A stretch of DNA of 29,122 nt from a virus: IMG/VR virus record IMGVR_UViG_3300020156_000024, one strand, 5' to 3'. The notes beneath the pieces were generated by a model. It was not told where the DNA came from, did no database searches, and worked only from the letters and a program-made list of their open reading frames with translations. Both the position numbers and the translations under genes were made by a program. The first letter of the stretch is position 1, and each line of letters begins with the position of its first letter. Below are positions 15,939 to 25,812 of the stretch, one piece after another.

Positions 15939-16736
15939 CTAGGACTGGAGGCTGTAGCAGCGGTCGACGATGACGCGGGACTGGACGCCCGCGGTGTTTC
16001 GCGCCCACAGCTGCACCGAGTGCGAGGTGCCATTCGGTTCGATGGTCGAGCCCCAGCCGGGAACGTCGAACGTGGCCACGGTCGTGCCTGACGCCGAGCC
16101 CGCGACGACGCCGTCGACCTGCAGCTGCCAGTCGACCGTCCCCGAGGGGGCGTTCGTGCCGACACCGATGGAGATCCGCGGATGCCACAGCGTCGTGATG
16201 CCGTGCATGACCTCCTGGTAGGCCACGTTTGTGAACGCCGGCCAGAACGGTCCGCCGGTGGCAACGGACGTGCCCGTCGACGGGACCATCGGGATGTTCA
16301 GGTAGGGGCGCGCCAGGCCGACACCCGTCTCGGAGTCGTTGGAGACGAGCTCGTTGCCGAGGCGGTCCAGACCGGCCCAATAGGACCGGTCGGTGCTGCC
16401 GAAGAGCCCGAACGCGGGGTCGCCGTTGCCGTGGGAGAACCGCCAGACCGCGACGCCGGATGCGTTGGTGCCGATGAACACCAGGCCGATCGTGTCGTCC
16501 TCGTTGGTCATGCGCAGGGCGCCGCCGCGGATGATGATGTCGCCGGCGTCGTTGACTTCGATATTCCCGGCATCTTCGACGACGATCCGTGCGCCGGAGT
16601 GGACTCGGAACACCCCTTCGCTGACCGAGGTGGCCTGGGCGGTGCGGGCGGTTCGTGATTGCTGGTTGCGGCGGCGATCGTCCTGGATGGCTCGTAGTGG
16701 CCCGTCGCCTGCTGTCGCGTCAGTCCAGACCGTCAC
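15939..16736 (-). CDS. Minor tail protein
   Basis: GGAGGGG SD before GTG16736; beta-rich; position after hub protein. Confidence 0.75.
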   Translation of the reverse strand: MTVWTDATAGDGPLRAIQDDRRRNQQSRTARTAQATSVSEGVFRVHSGARIVVEDAGNIEVNDAGDIIIRGGALRMTNEDDTIGLVFIGTNASGVAVWRFSHGNGDPAFGLFGSTDRSYWAGLDRLGNELVSNDSETGVGLARPYLNIPMVPSTGTSVATGGPFWPAFTNVAYQEVMHGITTLWHPRISIGVGTNAPSGTVDWQLQVDGVVAGSASGTTVATFDVPGWGSTIEPNGTSHSVQLWARNTAGVQSRVIVDRCYSLQS

Positions 16737-16738
16737 GG

Positions 16739-18865
16739 CTACCCCTCCGATACTGCTGTGCTGAGCGCGGTTGCGTCGAGGGCCGGGTCGACGGCGAGTC
16801 GGGGGACCCACTGGGATTCATTGGGGTTGAGGGTGAACCCGGTCATCCGGCGGGCGCCGATGAGCGGCCGCCGTTCGGGGTTGCGGGGCCCGGTGAGCCG
16901 GTACGGGGCGAGGTCGCCGAGGTTGATATCGATGCCCGGCCGCGGGTAGTCGTACAGCTGGCTGGTGATCTCGATGACCTGGGTGCCGTCCTTGGTGCGG
17001 GCGAGTTCCGCATCGGAGTGGTCTTGGAGCAGATCAGAGGCGGTGATGTTGTTGCCCGGTTCGACGATCAGCTCGACGATGGGGATACCGGACTGGAGCG
17101 CGACGAGGTCGATCGAGGGCGCCGAGGACGGCTGGTCGTCGCCTTGGCCGGGACCGATCGCCGTCACATAGTTCGCGTAGTTCCCGTCCCGCCAGGACTC
17201 CTTGAGCGTGTAGGAGATGACCGCGCCGTCGCCGGTTTCGAACATGGCTGTCGCGGTCGGTGTGGTGCGGCCGATCCGGCGGCGGATACGGAGGATCTTC
17301 TGGACGATGGTCTGCGACGCGTCGGCCCAGTCGAAGTAGATCTCGAACTCCAGTCCCTGCACGCACAGGGCCCGGATCGCGTCGTACACGGAGGTCCGGT
17401 CGGTGGCCTTGTACTCGATGTCGATCAGTTCACCGGTGTTCTCGACGTCGAATTCGAGACCGAGGCCCTGGAACTGGCCGTCGATCTGCTCGGCGTCGAG
17501 CGCGAGCTGGTAAGCGACCTGCGCCCGGTCGGCCTGCACGAACACGTGGTCCTTGACCTTGCGTTTCGCGAAGTACCCCTCTGGGGTGACCGTGGGCACC
17601 GACAAGTCGTTGCCGGATCCGCCAGCCCGGTCGATCGGCAGGCCCATCCACATCGGGACGTCGTTGACGATGGCCACCAAAGCACCCGATGCGCCGTCGG
17701 TGCACGCTTCGGCGTCCTCGATCGACACGTACCCCTGGCCGTCGCCGGCGAGCGGGATCGACATCTCGGCGTTCGCGTACGCCGAGAGGTTCCGTGCGGG
17801 TGACCCGGTGAAGTCGGGGAGTTCGGCGATGATCCGGCCGGTGCGCTGGTTGATCCCGACGGCGGTGACCGATTCCCTGACGATGGGGACGCCGTAGCCG
17901 ACGGGGGGCGTGATCGGGCCGGGTGTGACGGCTTCGGGGCCGATCCACGTCCGGAAGATGTGCCAGATGTGCGGGGGGCCGATGATCCACGCCGAGTACC
18001 AGACACGCCAGCCTTCGACCCCGTCGAGGGTGTCGGGCAGGAGCGTGGCGCGGTAGAGCGCGGTGTGCTCGCCGGGCTGCTCCTGTGGGATGACGGTCCT
18101 ACCGCTGTTGGTGAATGTCCACCCGTCCTCGCTGACGCAGAACAGGAGCAGGCCGTTGATGCCGGAGATGTCCTGGTTGCAGTCGTTGAGGAGCGCTATG
18201 TAGCCGTCGGTGGTGCGGAGGAGGTCGAGGTGCCAGGCTTCTTTCCCGGGCAGCATGGGGCCCATGTCGACGCCGACCGGGTCGCCCCAGGCCGCTGAGA
18301 GGGTCGCGCCGCCCTGCAGCCGGACGACCTGGTTGGGGCTGGGGACGATGTCGACCGCCCACATCGTCCACGCGCCGCCCTCGAAGAGGATGCAGGGGGA
18401 GAGGAGGCGCCGAACGGTCTGATCGGACGAGTAGAACAGGGTCTTGGGTTCCCATGCGACACCGTCCGCCGAGGTGGAGAAGTAGAGCTTCTCTTCCGCA
18501 CCCACAGCGGCGACGTCGTAGGTGCGCCACACCAGGTAGAACACGCCGTTCACGTAGCGCAGGTCGGTGTCGGAGTTGTATGCGCCCGGGGAGCCGGGTT
18601 GGTCGTCGATCGGGTTGACCAGGCCCTCCGGCACCACCCAGGTGATGCCGTCGTTCGACGCTGCGATGCACGGGTCTTCGAACTCGTCGTCGCCGCCGGC
18701 GTAGGGCGTGTACGCCATCCAGTACGTGAACCCGGAGACGGGGGCGTCGAGGCGCACGATCGACGGGTGCGTGACCTCCCCGTCGGTAGCGTGCTGCGGG
18801 GTGGGGATCGCCAGGCGTGTCCCGTAGTTCCCCGAGATCTGTGTCGGGTCAGGCAGGGCCACCAC
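16739..18865 (-). CDS. Minor tail/baseplate hub protein (ReqiPepy6 Gp37-like) with N-terminal glycoside hydrolase-like beta-propeller
   Basis: N-term THPSIV..YWMAYTPY..EDPCIAASNDGITW with SxDGxxW repeats; C-term TGRIIAELP..YANYVTAIGPGQG..INLGD hub pattern. Confidence 0.75.
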   Translation of the reverse strand: MVALPDPTQISGNYGTRLAIPTPQHATDGEVTHPSIVRLDAPVSGFTYWMAYTPYAGGDDEFEDPCIAASNDGITWVVPEGLVNPIDDQPGSPGAYNSDTDLRYVNGVFYLVWRTYDVAAVGAEEKLYFSTSADGVAWEPKTLFYSSDQTVRRLLSPCILFEGGAWTMWAVDIVPSPNQVVRLQGGATLSAAWGDPVGVDMGPMLPGKEAWHLDLLRTTDGYIALLNDCNQDISGINGLLLFCVSEDGWTFTNSGRTVIPQEQPGEHTALYRATLLPDTLDGVEGWRVWYSAWIIGPPHIWHIFRTWIGPEAVTPGPITPPVGYGVPIVRESVTAVGINQRTGRIIAELPDFTGSPARNLSAYANAEMSIPLAGDGQGYVSIEDAEACTDGASGALVAIVNDVPMWMGLPIDRAGGSGNDLSVPTVTPEGYFAKRKVKDHVFVQADRAQVAYQLALDAEQIDGQFQGLGLEFDVENTGELIDIEYKATDRTSVYDAIRALCVQGLEFEIYFDWADASQTIVQKILRIRRRIGRTTPTATAMFETGDGAVISYTLKESWRDGNYANYVTAIGPGQGDDQPSSAPSIDLVALQSGIPIVELIVEPGNNITASDLLQDHSDAELARTKDGTQVIEITSQLYDYPRPGIDINLGDLAPYRLTGPRNPERRPLIGARRMTGFTLNPNESQWVPRLAVDPALDATALSTAVSEG

Positions 18866-20157
18866 TACCCCCGGATGTAGTCGACGTAGAGGTAGGACGG
18901 TTCGTTCGCGTTGGCGTTGCACGCGAGGGTGCCGGTGCCGGTCTGCCGCAGGCACGTCACCACGAATGTCTTCGACCCGGTCGCGACTGCCGTGTACTCG
19001 ACTTCGAACCCGATGGGGTAGTCGGTGCCGGGCCCATGGATCACCGAGTTCTTCAGCGACAGCTGCGTCCCCGCGACGTTGTCCTCACGAATCCTGAACC
19101 GGGCCAGGTCACCGGTGACGGTCCCTGCGACGTCCGCGTCCCACCGGATCTTGTAGGTCGCCCCCGACACCAGCGACGCGGTCACCGAGTTGATGAGCGT
19201 CTCGGACGTGAAACTGGAGGAGTTGGTGGTGCGGATCGTGGTGGCGATGCGCCTGATGGACGCGAAGTTCGTGGGGGACGCGAGCGACACCCACGCCGCG
19301 CCAGTCCACACCTCCAGTGTGGAGGTGTCCTGGCGCCAGATCATCATGCCGTGGTAGCGGCCCGTCGTGGGACGGTCGGACGTGCCGCGCACGGGAAGGA
19401 TCCCGGCGCCGAGCGCGTACTGCGCCAGCGAATCGACCGTGTGCGGCAGGCCCGACCCGGTCGAGTTCACGCGCAGAACCGCGAGCCGGATCGAGTTCGC
19501 GGTCACCGTGGGAGCTGTGGGGGTGCCGGCGGGGGCGCCGGGCACGTACAGGATGCGGGCCCGCCGCTGGCCGAGGCCGTCTTCGTCGTCGTCCTGGACC
19601 TGCAGGTCGATGCCGTCCAGGCGCGGGTTGGACGAGTCGGGCGGGTTGACCGAGCCGTTCACGGCGTCGTACTCGACGACGTAGGGGCCGGAGGTCGAGG
19701 TCAGGCGCGGGTAGACCACGGCGAGGCCTTCAGCGACCGAGTAGGTGGTGCCCGCGATCGTCACCGCGTCGCTGGAGTGCGGGCGGACACCGGTGCGCGC
19801 GCCGAGCCGGTCGGTCGACCCGGGGTGGAGGGTGATGGCGGCGAGGCGGCGCATCTGCACCGCCGCGTAGGAGGGGACGCCGAGGAGCACGTCGGCGGTG
19901 CCGTCGGCGTCGAAGTCCCACATTTCCGCGCCCGTGGGGGTGGAGATCCGGAAGTCGTTCACGGTGGGGTCGCGGACCACGTATTCGGTGTGCTCGCGCA
20001 GTTCCAGGGCGCCGCCGGTCCGGTTCTCGACGGTGATCAGGTCGCCGTCGACCAGGCCGTGTCCGGTGATCGTGACGCGGTTCGTGGCCGCGCTGATGGG
20101 CGCTGCCGCGGCGACGACCGTGACGCCGTCGAAGTTCATCCAGCCCGCTGAGGACAC
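18865..20157 (-). CDS. Minor tail protein
   Basis: PPDSSNPRLDGIDLQVQD..PTAPTV..LAVLRV and YHGMMIWRQDT..LEVWTGAAW patterns of actinophage tail proteins. Confidence 0.75.
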   Translation of the reverse strand: MSSAGWMNFDGVTVVAAAAPISAATNRVTITGHGLVDGDLITVENRTGGALELREHTEYVVRDPTVNDFRISTPTGAEMWDFDADGTADVLLGVPSYAAVQMRRLAAITLHPGSTDRLGARTGVRPHSSDAVTIAGTTYSVAEGLAVVYPRLTSTSGPYVVEYDAVNGSVNPPDSSNPRLDGIDLQVQDDDEDGLGQRRARILYVPGAPAGTPTAPTVTANSIRLAVLRVNSTGSGLPHTVDSLAQYALGAGILPVRGTSDRPTTGRYHGMMIWRQDTSTLEVWTGAAWVSLASPTNFASIRRIATTIRTTNSSSFTSETLINSVTASLVSGATYKIRWDADVAGTVTGDLARFRIREDNVAGTQLSLKNSVIHGPGTDYPIGFEVEYTAVATGSKTFVVTCLRQTGTGTLACNANANEPSYLYVDYIRG

Positions 20158-20186
20158 AAGGCCACCCCTATCCAGGTGTTGGGAAT

Positions 20187-20217
20187 GCGAAAAGCCAGAC
20201 CGGGAGGCGATCTGGCT
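20187..20217 (-). terminator. Intrinsic terminator inside the tail operon
   Basis: Minus strand AGCCAGATCG-cctcc-CGGTCTGGCT-TTTCGC. Confidence 0.55.
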
Positions 20218-20241
20218 GGGGACGAGAGGGGTCGAGGGCGG

Positions 20242-21165
20242 CTACCACCAGGCGGAGCGGTACTCCACCCTTGCCTGAGCGGTCGGGGTGTAGTTCGCGG
20301 CGAGGAACCGCAGCCGGTTCACGCCCGGCAGGAACGGGAAGGCGTCCATCAGCCAGGTCGCGGCTCCCCGCTGGTTCGCTTCGATGAGGCCGTTCAGCAG
20401 GGCCCGCTTGCGGACGGTGTCCACATCGATCCACTGGCCCTCACCCAAGGTGATGTTCAGGCTGATGGACTGCACGGTCCGGTCGGAGCGTTCGAGGATC
20501 AGCCGCGGCTCCACTACGGGGCCGTCGATGCGGATGAGAGCGCCGGTGGCAGTGGTGCCGAGGTTGTTGATCTCGACCTGACCGCCCTGCGTGGTCCCCG
20601 GGATCCGGAACGGGAGCCGCAGGCCCCGCCGCCACACTGAGGAGACCAGCTCCGCACCGATGCGCAGGCCACCGCGCTGGACCGGCAGGCCCGTGGTGAC
20701 GGTGGTGAGGTTGCCGGAGTAGATGCGGGGGTCACCGGCGACGAACGCGGTGGCGATCTTCGCGCGCCCCAAAGCGATCTCGTCGATGTCCGGTTCGACA
20801 CCGCGGGGCCTGCCGAACAGGACGTACTCGTCGGGGTCGTCCTTGAGGCGGAAGCGGAGCTCAGCGATTTCGCCGGTCGCGCCTACCGCGGAGAACGCGG
20901 CGGCCATCTGCTGGATCGCGGCCCGTGTCGAGGGAATGTCCGCGTTGGCGCCGTTGGCGATCACCCTGATGGGAACCACACGGGGGTCTTGCCATTCGGC
21001 GCCAACCCAGGCGCCGTGCGCGTAGGGGCGATCGCCGCCCTGCGTGGCCCTCACCGAGGTGAAGAACGGGTTGAAATCCTTCTGGACGTCGAAGAGGGTG
21101 CCCGCACCCATGAGGAAATCGCGGGCGGTCCCGATCAGATGGACCTGCTCGACGGCGAGGGCCAT
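20242..21165 (-). CDS. Distal tail protein (Dit)
   Basis: Follows tape measure; LFGRPRG..FVAGDPRIYS..INNLGT..IDGPVVEP..FLPGVNRLRF..YRSAWW. Confidence 0.85.
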   Translation of the reverse strand: MALAVEQVHLIGTARDFLMGAGTLFDVQKDFNPFFTSVRATQGGDRPYAHGAWVGAEWQDPRVVPIRVIANGANADIPSTRAAIQQMAAAFSAVGATGEIAELRFRLKDDPDEYVLFGRPRGVEPDIDEIALGRAKIATAFVAGDPRIYSGNLTTVTTGLPVQRGGLRIGAELVSSVWRRGLRLPFRIPGTTQGGQVEINNLGTTATGALIRIDGPVVEPRLILERSDRTVQSISLNITLGEGQWIDVDTVRKRALLNGLIEANQRGAATWLMDAFPFLPGVNRLRFLAANYTPTAQARVEYRSAWW

Positions 21166-23933
21166 CAGAACGCCCCGTGCCAGGACATCTCATCCATGAC
21201 CTGGGCGTATTTGAAGTCGTCGGTGTGCGCGTGCACGTTGACCTCCTGGTGCTCGACAACGGTGGACCCATACCGGCGGCCGGAACCGGAGGCGCCGGTC
21301 ATGCTGGTGATGGTCGCGACCTCGACTGGCCGCTGGCCCCGCCACTGGCCCCGGCGGGTGATATCAGCGCCGTACCAAGACGCGGCCACGTCGAGGATCG
21401 CGAGGGACCTCGCCCTGTTGCCGCGGCGCGGAATGAACGCCTCACCGCCCGTCGCGGGTTCAGCGAACGCGTACCGGGCCGGGTTCTGCGCGGAGTAGAT
21501 CCCGGCGTTCAGCAGCCCCCTCTGGGCGTGGACGGTGACGCCGCCCCACCGCTGCGCCTGCAGGGCGTTCGGTCCGAATTCGTGCTGCGCTGCCTGGTTG
21601 ATGGTTTGTAGCACGATGTCGACGGTGGTGCCGTGCAAGCCGTCGATGGCGTTCTGGAGTCCATCGATGCCGTCTTCGGAGTCGTCGATCCCCGCGATGA
21701 TGCCTGCGGCGATCTCCTGCCCGGTCTGATCGCCTCGCAGCCCCCACAGGCGGACGACTTCCTGCAGCTCCTCGTCGGTCATCTGGGCCATGAGCGCGAC
21801 CATCTCGGCACCCTCGGGGCCCATAGCGGCGAGCTCGTTGATCATCCCGCCGACCCCGCGCTCGGCGAGGATGGTCATGTTCTCCGCCCACTGTGCCTGC
21901 GCCTCAGCCTGTTTCCTCAGCTCCTCGATGAAGCCCTCGGAGGTCAGCTTCGCGTTCTCCTCGAGCCCGTCGAGGCCGGCGTTGTATGCCCCGAGCAAGT
22001 CGACGAACGCGGTCGCGCCGTCGGACCAGACCTGGAGCATGTCGGTGACGGCCTGCTCGGCGGTCTCCCCCGTGACACCCATCTGCTCGGCCAGGAACTC
22101 GAGCTGCAGCGTGTACGGGTTGACCGCCTCGGCAGCCTCTTCCGTTTTCGCAGTCGAGTTCTCCAGTGCGGCTTGGTATTCCGGGAAGATCTCGTTGAGG
22201 CGTTCCATCGAGATGCCCTGCTTGTCGGCCTCGTCCGAGATTTTCGACCACGCTTCAGCCGCAGCCTCAGGGTCGGAGGCGTACAGCTGAGCGAGCGCCG
22301 CATCCATTGCGGAGATCCGCTCAGTGGACTTGGCAAGGGAGTCGTCGATCTCCTTGGCCCCGGAAACCATGCCCTCGGTGAAGGCTGCGAGCCCACGTGT
22401 GAAGCCTTCGTCGGCGGCTGATTCGAGGGACTGCGAGAACTTGTCGAAGTCGTCGCCCATGATGCGGGCGGCCTCACCGGCGATCTCCCCGTCTCTAGCC
22501 CACCGCTCCAGGCCGGTACCGAACGCCTCGATCTGGGGGTTGAGCTGCTTCCCGAACGCCGCAGCAAGGGCCATCGACGCGACTTGGACCACGCCGAGGG
22601 CCATCGCGGCCGGGCCGGCGTAGCGACCCACGGCGGACAACGCTCCGGCGGCCTTCGCGCCTGCGGGCCCCGTTGCTGCGAGCTGCGCATTCATCTGCGC
22701 GGCACGGTCGCGCACCTGGAGGAACGCACCCCCGAGCAGGGAGGAGATGGCCATGATCGCGCCGATGACCACGACCGTGTTGGTGATCGGCGCTGGGATC
22801 GCCTGCAGTGTCTTGAGGAAGTCGGTGGCGAACCGGGTCATGGTCCGCAGCGCCTCAGAAAGGCCACCCGAGGATTCGATCGCGAGGCCTTCGATCGCTG
22901 AGGTCAGCTGGCCCACATCACCCTGGAGGGAGTCGATGCGCTTTGCGGCGGTCTCGGCCGCGACACCCTGCTCGGAGACCTTGTCGATGTAGTTCGAGAT
23001 CCCGGCGGCGCCCTCGGCGAGGAGGATGTTGGCGCCCGCGATCGCCTCTTGCCCGAAAAGGACGGCCATGGCGGCGTTGCGTTCCTCGATGGACAGCTTC
23101 GCGAGTCCGTCTTCGAGTTCACGGACGATGTCGACTGCGCCGAGGACGTTCCCGTTCGTGTCGTAGATGGAGATGCCGAGCTGGTCCATCACCGTCTTGG
23201 CCTCTTTGGTGGGAGCCAGGAGCCGCAGCAGCGTGGTCTTGAGGTTCGTGCCGGCTTCGGCGCCGGTGAGGGCCTGGTCGCCCATCGCCGAGAGGATGCC
23301 CACGGTCTCCTCGACCGACAGGCCCGCTTGGGCGGCGACCGTGCCAACGTTCTTGAGTGACTGCCCCAGCCCAGTGACATCGGTGTTCGATGCGTTCGCC
23401 GACCCGGCGAGCGTGTCCGCGACCGACGACATCTCGGAGGCTTCGAGGTTGAACTGCTTCAACGTTGTGGCGGCGATGGAGGCGGCCTCAGCCAGTCCGA
23501 TACCGCCCGCCGCGGCGAGGTTCAGCGCACCGGCGAGCGCGCCGCCGGTGATCTGCGCCGCGGTCAGGCCCGCCTTGGAGAGCTCCTCGATCGCGTTCGC
23601 CGCTTCGGTCGCGGAGAACTGGGTGCTGGCGCCCATGTCGATCGCGGCCTGCCGGAGCGCCCCGAACTCGTCAGCGGTCGCATTCGACACGGCGTTGACC
23701 TGCGCCATCGCGTGGTCGAACTGTGCGGCCTGGGCGACGCCGGCAGCGAGGGCACCGCCGAGGGCGAGCCCGAACGCGATCGCGCCGTTCGCGACCGCGT
23801 CCAGATCCCCCTTGCCCTTCGCCGCGGTCTCCGACAGCTCCTTGCGGAAATCGCGGGTCGTCTTGACCATCTCGCCGACGCCGGCCGTGTACTCCTTGAT
23901 GTTCGCGACGTACTTGACGGAGATGGTGCGCAC
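21165..23933 (-). CDS. Phage tail tape measure protein (TP901 family core)
   Basis: 922 aa Ala-rich; FDHAMAQV..LRQAAIDMGASTQFSATEAA..GALNLAAAG; C-terminal FAEPATGGEAFIP. Confidence 0.95.
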   Translation of the reverse strand: MRTISVKYVANIKEYTAGVGEMVKTTRDFRKELSETAAKGKGDLDAVANGAIAFGLALGGALAAGVAQAAQFDHAMAQVNAVSNATADEFGALRQAAIDMGASTQFSATEAANAIEELSKAGLTAAQITGGALAGALNLAAAGGIGLAEAASIAATTLKQFNLEASEMSSVADTLAGSANASNTDVTGLGQSLKNVGTVAAQAGLSVEETVGILSAMGDQALTGAEAGTNLKTTLLRLLAPTKEAKTVMDQLGISIYDTNGNVLGAVDIVRELEDGLAKLSIEERNAAMAVLFGQEAIAGANILLAEGAAGISNYIDKVSEQGVAAETAAKRIDSLQGDVGQLTSAIEGLAIESSGGLSEALRTMTRFATDFLKTLQAIPAPITNTVVVIGAIMAISSLLGGAFLQVRDRAAQMNAQLAATGPAGAKAAGALSAVGRYAGPAAMALGVVQVASMALAAAFGKQLNPQIEAFGTGLERWARDGEIAGEAARIMGDDFDKFSQSLESAADEGFTRGLAAFTEGMVSGAKEIDDSLAKSTERISAMDAALAQLYASDPEAAAEAWSKISDEADKQGISMERLNEIFPEYQAALENSTAKTEEAAEAVNPYTLQLEFLAEQMGVTGETAEQAVTDMLQVWSDGATAFVDLLGAYNAGLDGLEENAKLTSEGFIEELRKQAEAQAQWAENMTILAERGVGGMINELAAMGPEGAEMVALMAQMTDEELQEVVRLWGLRGDQTGQEIAAGIIAGIDDSEDGIDGLQNAIDGLHGTTVDIVLQTINQAAQHEFGPNALQAQRWGGVTVHAQRGLLNAGIYSAQNPARYAFAEPATGGEAFIPRRGNRARSLAILDVAASWYGADITRRGQWRGQRPVEVATITSMTGASGSGRRYGSTVVEHQEVNVHAHTDDFKYAQVMDEMSWHGAF

Positions 23934-23951
23934 CTGGCCTCCTCTCGGGGC

Positions 23952-24395
23952 TCAGGAGGTGACGGGCGGCGGGTGCGCTTCGACGCGGTGGATGAGCGCG
24001 TGCGGGTGCTCCGCTTTCTGCTCCCGGTAGGAGGCCTCGGATTTGGAGAGGGCCGTGCACCGGTGGCAGCGGATCGGCAGCAGCGGCAGGTACTTGCCGT
24101 TGCCGGGGGAGCCGTCCATATCAGGGCGGGTGGTTTCGGTGAGGTCGCCGCCGCAGCCGGAGCAGAGGGTGTCCCGTCTGGCGGCGAGGGCGAGCATCCA
24201 GCCCTGTTCTTCCTCAGTCCATTCGGGTTCGCGGCGGGTCTCCCAGCCCGTGACCTGCCCGTTCTCGTCGCGGACGACGGTGGTTACTTCGAGGGGCTCC
24301 CAGCCTTCGAAGCGGCGGCGCGAGATGCCGAGCCGTTCGGCCGCCTCGACGAGGATCCGCTCTTCAGGGTCTTCGAGGCGGCGAAGGAGAAAGGG
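23952..24395 (-). CDS. Tail assembly chaperone, -1 frameshift extension (gpGT-like C-terminal part)
   Basis: Entered via C CCT TTC at 24395-24389; CSGCG..CHRC Zn-ribbon. Confidence 0.8.
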   Translation of the reverse strand, partial: PFLLRRLEDPEERILVEAAERLGISRRRFEGWEPLEVTTVVRDENGQVTGWETRREPEWTEEEQGWMLALAARRDTLCSGCGGDLTETTRPDMDGSPGNGKYLPLLPIRCHRCTALSKSEASYREQKAEHPHALIHRVEAHPPPVTS

Positions 24396-24943
24396 ACGTC
24401 GACCTTGTTCCGGTTGAGCCGCCAGCACATCTCGAACAGCCCGTCGTACTGCGCGTCGGTCATGTACTCGTACAGCAGGGCGTCCCACTCCTCGGGGGAG
24501 AGGTCGTCGGGTCCGATGATGGAGGCCCGGATCAGCTGCTCGGGGAACGTCTGCATGTTCACGCCGGTGGAGTCCTCCGGCAGGGGCTTGCCGTCCTTCC
24601 CCTTGCGGGGCGGGTGGGCCTCGCACAGTTCTTTCCACGTCAGCTCGTCCTTGGGCGTGCTGGGGGTGCGCTCGCGGCGCAGTGCCTGCACGGTGACGAC
24701 GATGGCGTTCTCGGCCATCTGCTCCTCGAGTTCCGCGAGCTGAGCGGCGAGGCGCTTGAGCTCAGGGTCGGGGACGAGCATCTCGGTGGCGGACTTTGTG
24801 GCGTTCTTGCGGTCGTAGGCTTCCTTGATGGTCTTCCACTTGGCCCTGCGCGGGCCGGGCAGATTCACCGTCATGGAGTCCTGGGTGCGCTCGGCGGCGG
24901 CGAGCTTCTCACTCGCCGTGCGCGGCTTCTTCGTGTTGGACAT
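24284..24943 (-). CDS. Tail assembly chaperone (gpG-like)
   Basis: AGGAGAG SD before ATG24943; WKELCEAHPPRKG..NMQTFPEQLIRASI..VDVPFS; between tail tube and tape measure. Confidence 0.85.
   Translation of the reverse strand: MSNTKKPRTASEKLAAAERTQDSMTVNLPGPRRAKWKTIKEAYDRKNATKSATEMLVPDPELKRLAAQLAELEEQMAENAIVVTVQALRRERTPSTPKDELTWKELCEAHPPRKGKDGKPLPEDSTGVNMQTFPEQLIRASIIGPDDLSPEEWDALLYEYMTDAQYDGLFEMCWRLNRNKVDVPFSFAASKTLKSGSSSRRPNGSASRAAASKAGSPSK
24389..24395 (-). other. Programmed -1 ribosomal frameshift slippery site
   Basis: X XXY YYZ heptamer C CCT TTC linking the two chaperone frames (VDVPF to PFLLRRLEDPEE). Confidence 0.8.
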
Positions 24944-24969
24944 GCTGCTCTCCTGGCCGTGAGGTCTGG

Positions 24970-25023
24970 CCTTGGACATGGAAAGGGACCCGCGCACCCC
25001 GGCCAGGTTGGTGCACGGGCCCC
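24970..25023 (-). terminator. Hairpin/attenuating terminator after major tail gene
   Basis: Minus strand GGGGCCCGTGCACC..GGTGCGCGGGTCCC-TTTCC. Confidence 0.45.
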
Positions 25024-25026
25024 GGT

Positions 25027-25545
25027 CTAGGAGGCGACGATCGCGACGTCGCGCTGCGTGCCGCTGCGGATGAAGAGCTTCTGCATGATCTTCTGGCGGC
25101 CATTCGCCTCCGGCGCCTGCTTCACCTGGACGCCGCACTCGACGACGTAGACGTCGACGATGTCCCCGACCTCGATCGCGGGCTCGTAGTCCATGCCCCA
25201 GCGGGCGATGACGAAGCCGAGCTCCTTGTGCCGCAGCGTGGTCTGGGCCTTGTTGTCGGCCGCGGCGGGCTCCTGGCCCTGGAACACGTAGGTGATGGAC
25301 AGCGTGTCGGTGAAGCGGCCGACGCGCTCGAAGGACTGGCGGCTGCACAGGCGGTCGTCGACGGAGACCTGCTCGTCGGTGGCCGGGGTCCACCCGTCTG
25401 CGGTGAGGTAGCAGGACAGGTCGACGACGGTGAGCGCGGTGGCTTCGGTGATGGTCGGTTCGGCCGGAGTGGCGATGGCGGGGACCCACAGGACCTTGAG
25501 GGACCCGTCGGCCGGAATGGATGTAGGAACGACGGCGTCGCTCAT
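25027..25545 (-). CDS. Major tail (tube) protein
   Basis: ADGSLKVLWVPAIA..VDLSCYLTADGW..DDRLCSRQSFE..GFVIARWG actinophage tube pattern. Confidence 0.88.
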   Translation of the reverse strand: MSDAVVPTSIPADGSLKVLWVPAIATPAEPTITEATALTVVDLSCYLTADGWTPATDEQVSVDDRLCSRQSFERVGRFTDTLSITYVFQGQEPAAADNKAQTTLRHKELGFVIARWGMDYEPAIEVGDIVDVYVVECGVQVKQAPEANGRQKIMQKLFIRSGTQRDVAIVAS

Positions 25546-25754
25546 GGTGTCTCCTCAGAGTGTTGTGGCCGGGGCGTGGTTGAGCGGCCCGCGAGAGTGC
25601 GGTGCGCTTTCATGGGGAGGGGCCGGGACCGGGGTGTGGCGGGCCGGACGATTTCGCAGCCGCCCGCGGCGAGGTACGCGGCAGCTGCGGCTTCACTTGC
25701 GTCCCACTGGTGCCTAGTGGTGAGGCAGCGGAGGCGGACGTACCGTGCTTGCAT
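25542..25754 (-). CDS. Hypothetical 70-aa protein
   Basis: GGGAGG SD; ATGA overlap with tail tube gene. Confidence 0.6.
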   Translation of the reverse strand: MQARYVRLRCLTTRHQWDASEAAAAAYLAAGGCEIVRPATPRSRPLPMKAHRTLAGRSTTPRPQHSEETP

Positions 25755-25812
25755 GCCCGACCTCCCCCGTCCGGTGGATGTGGACCTTCGGCGGGGCCGC
25801 TACGGTGGGCCG

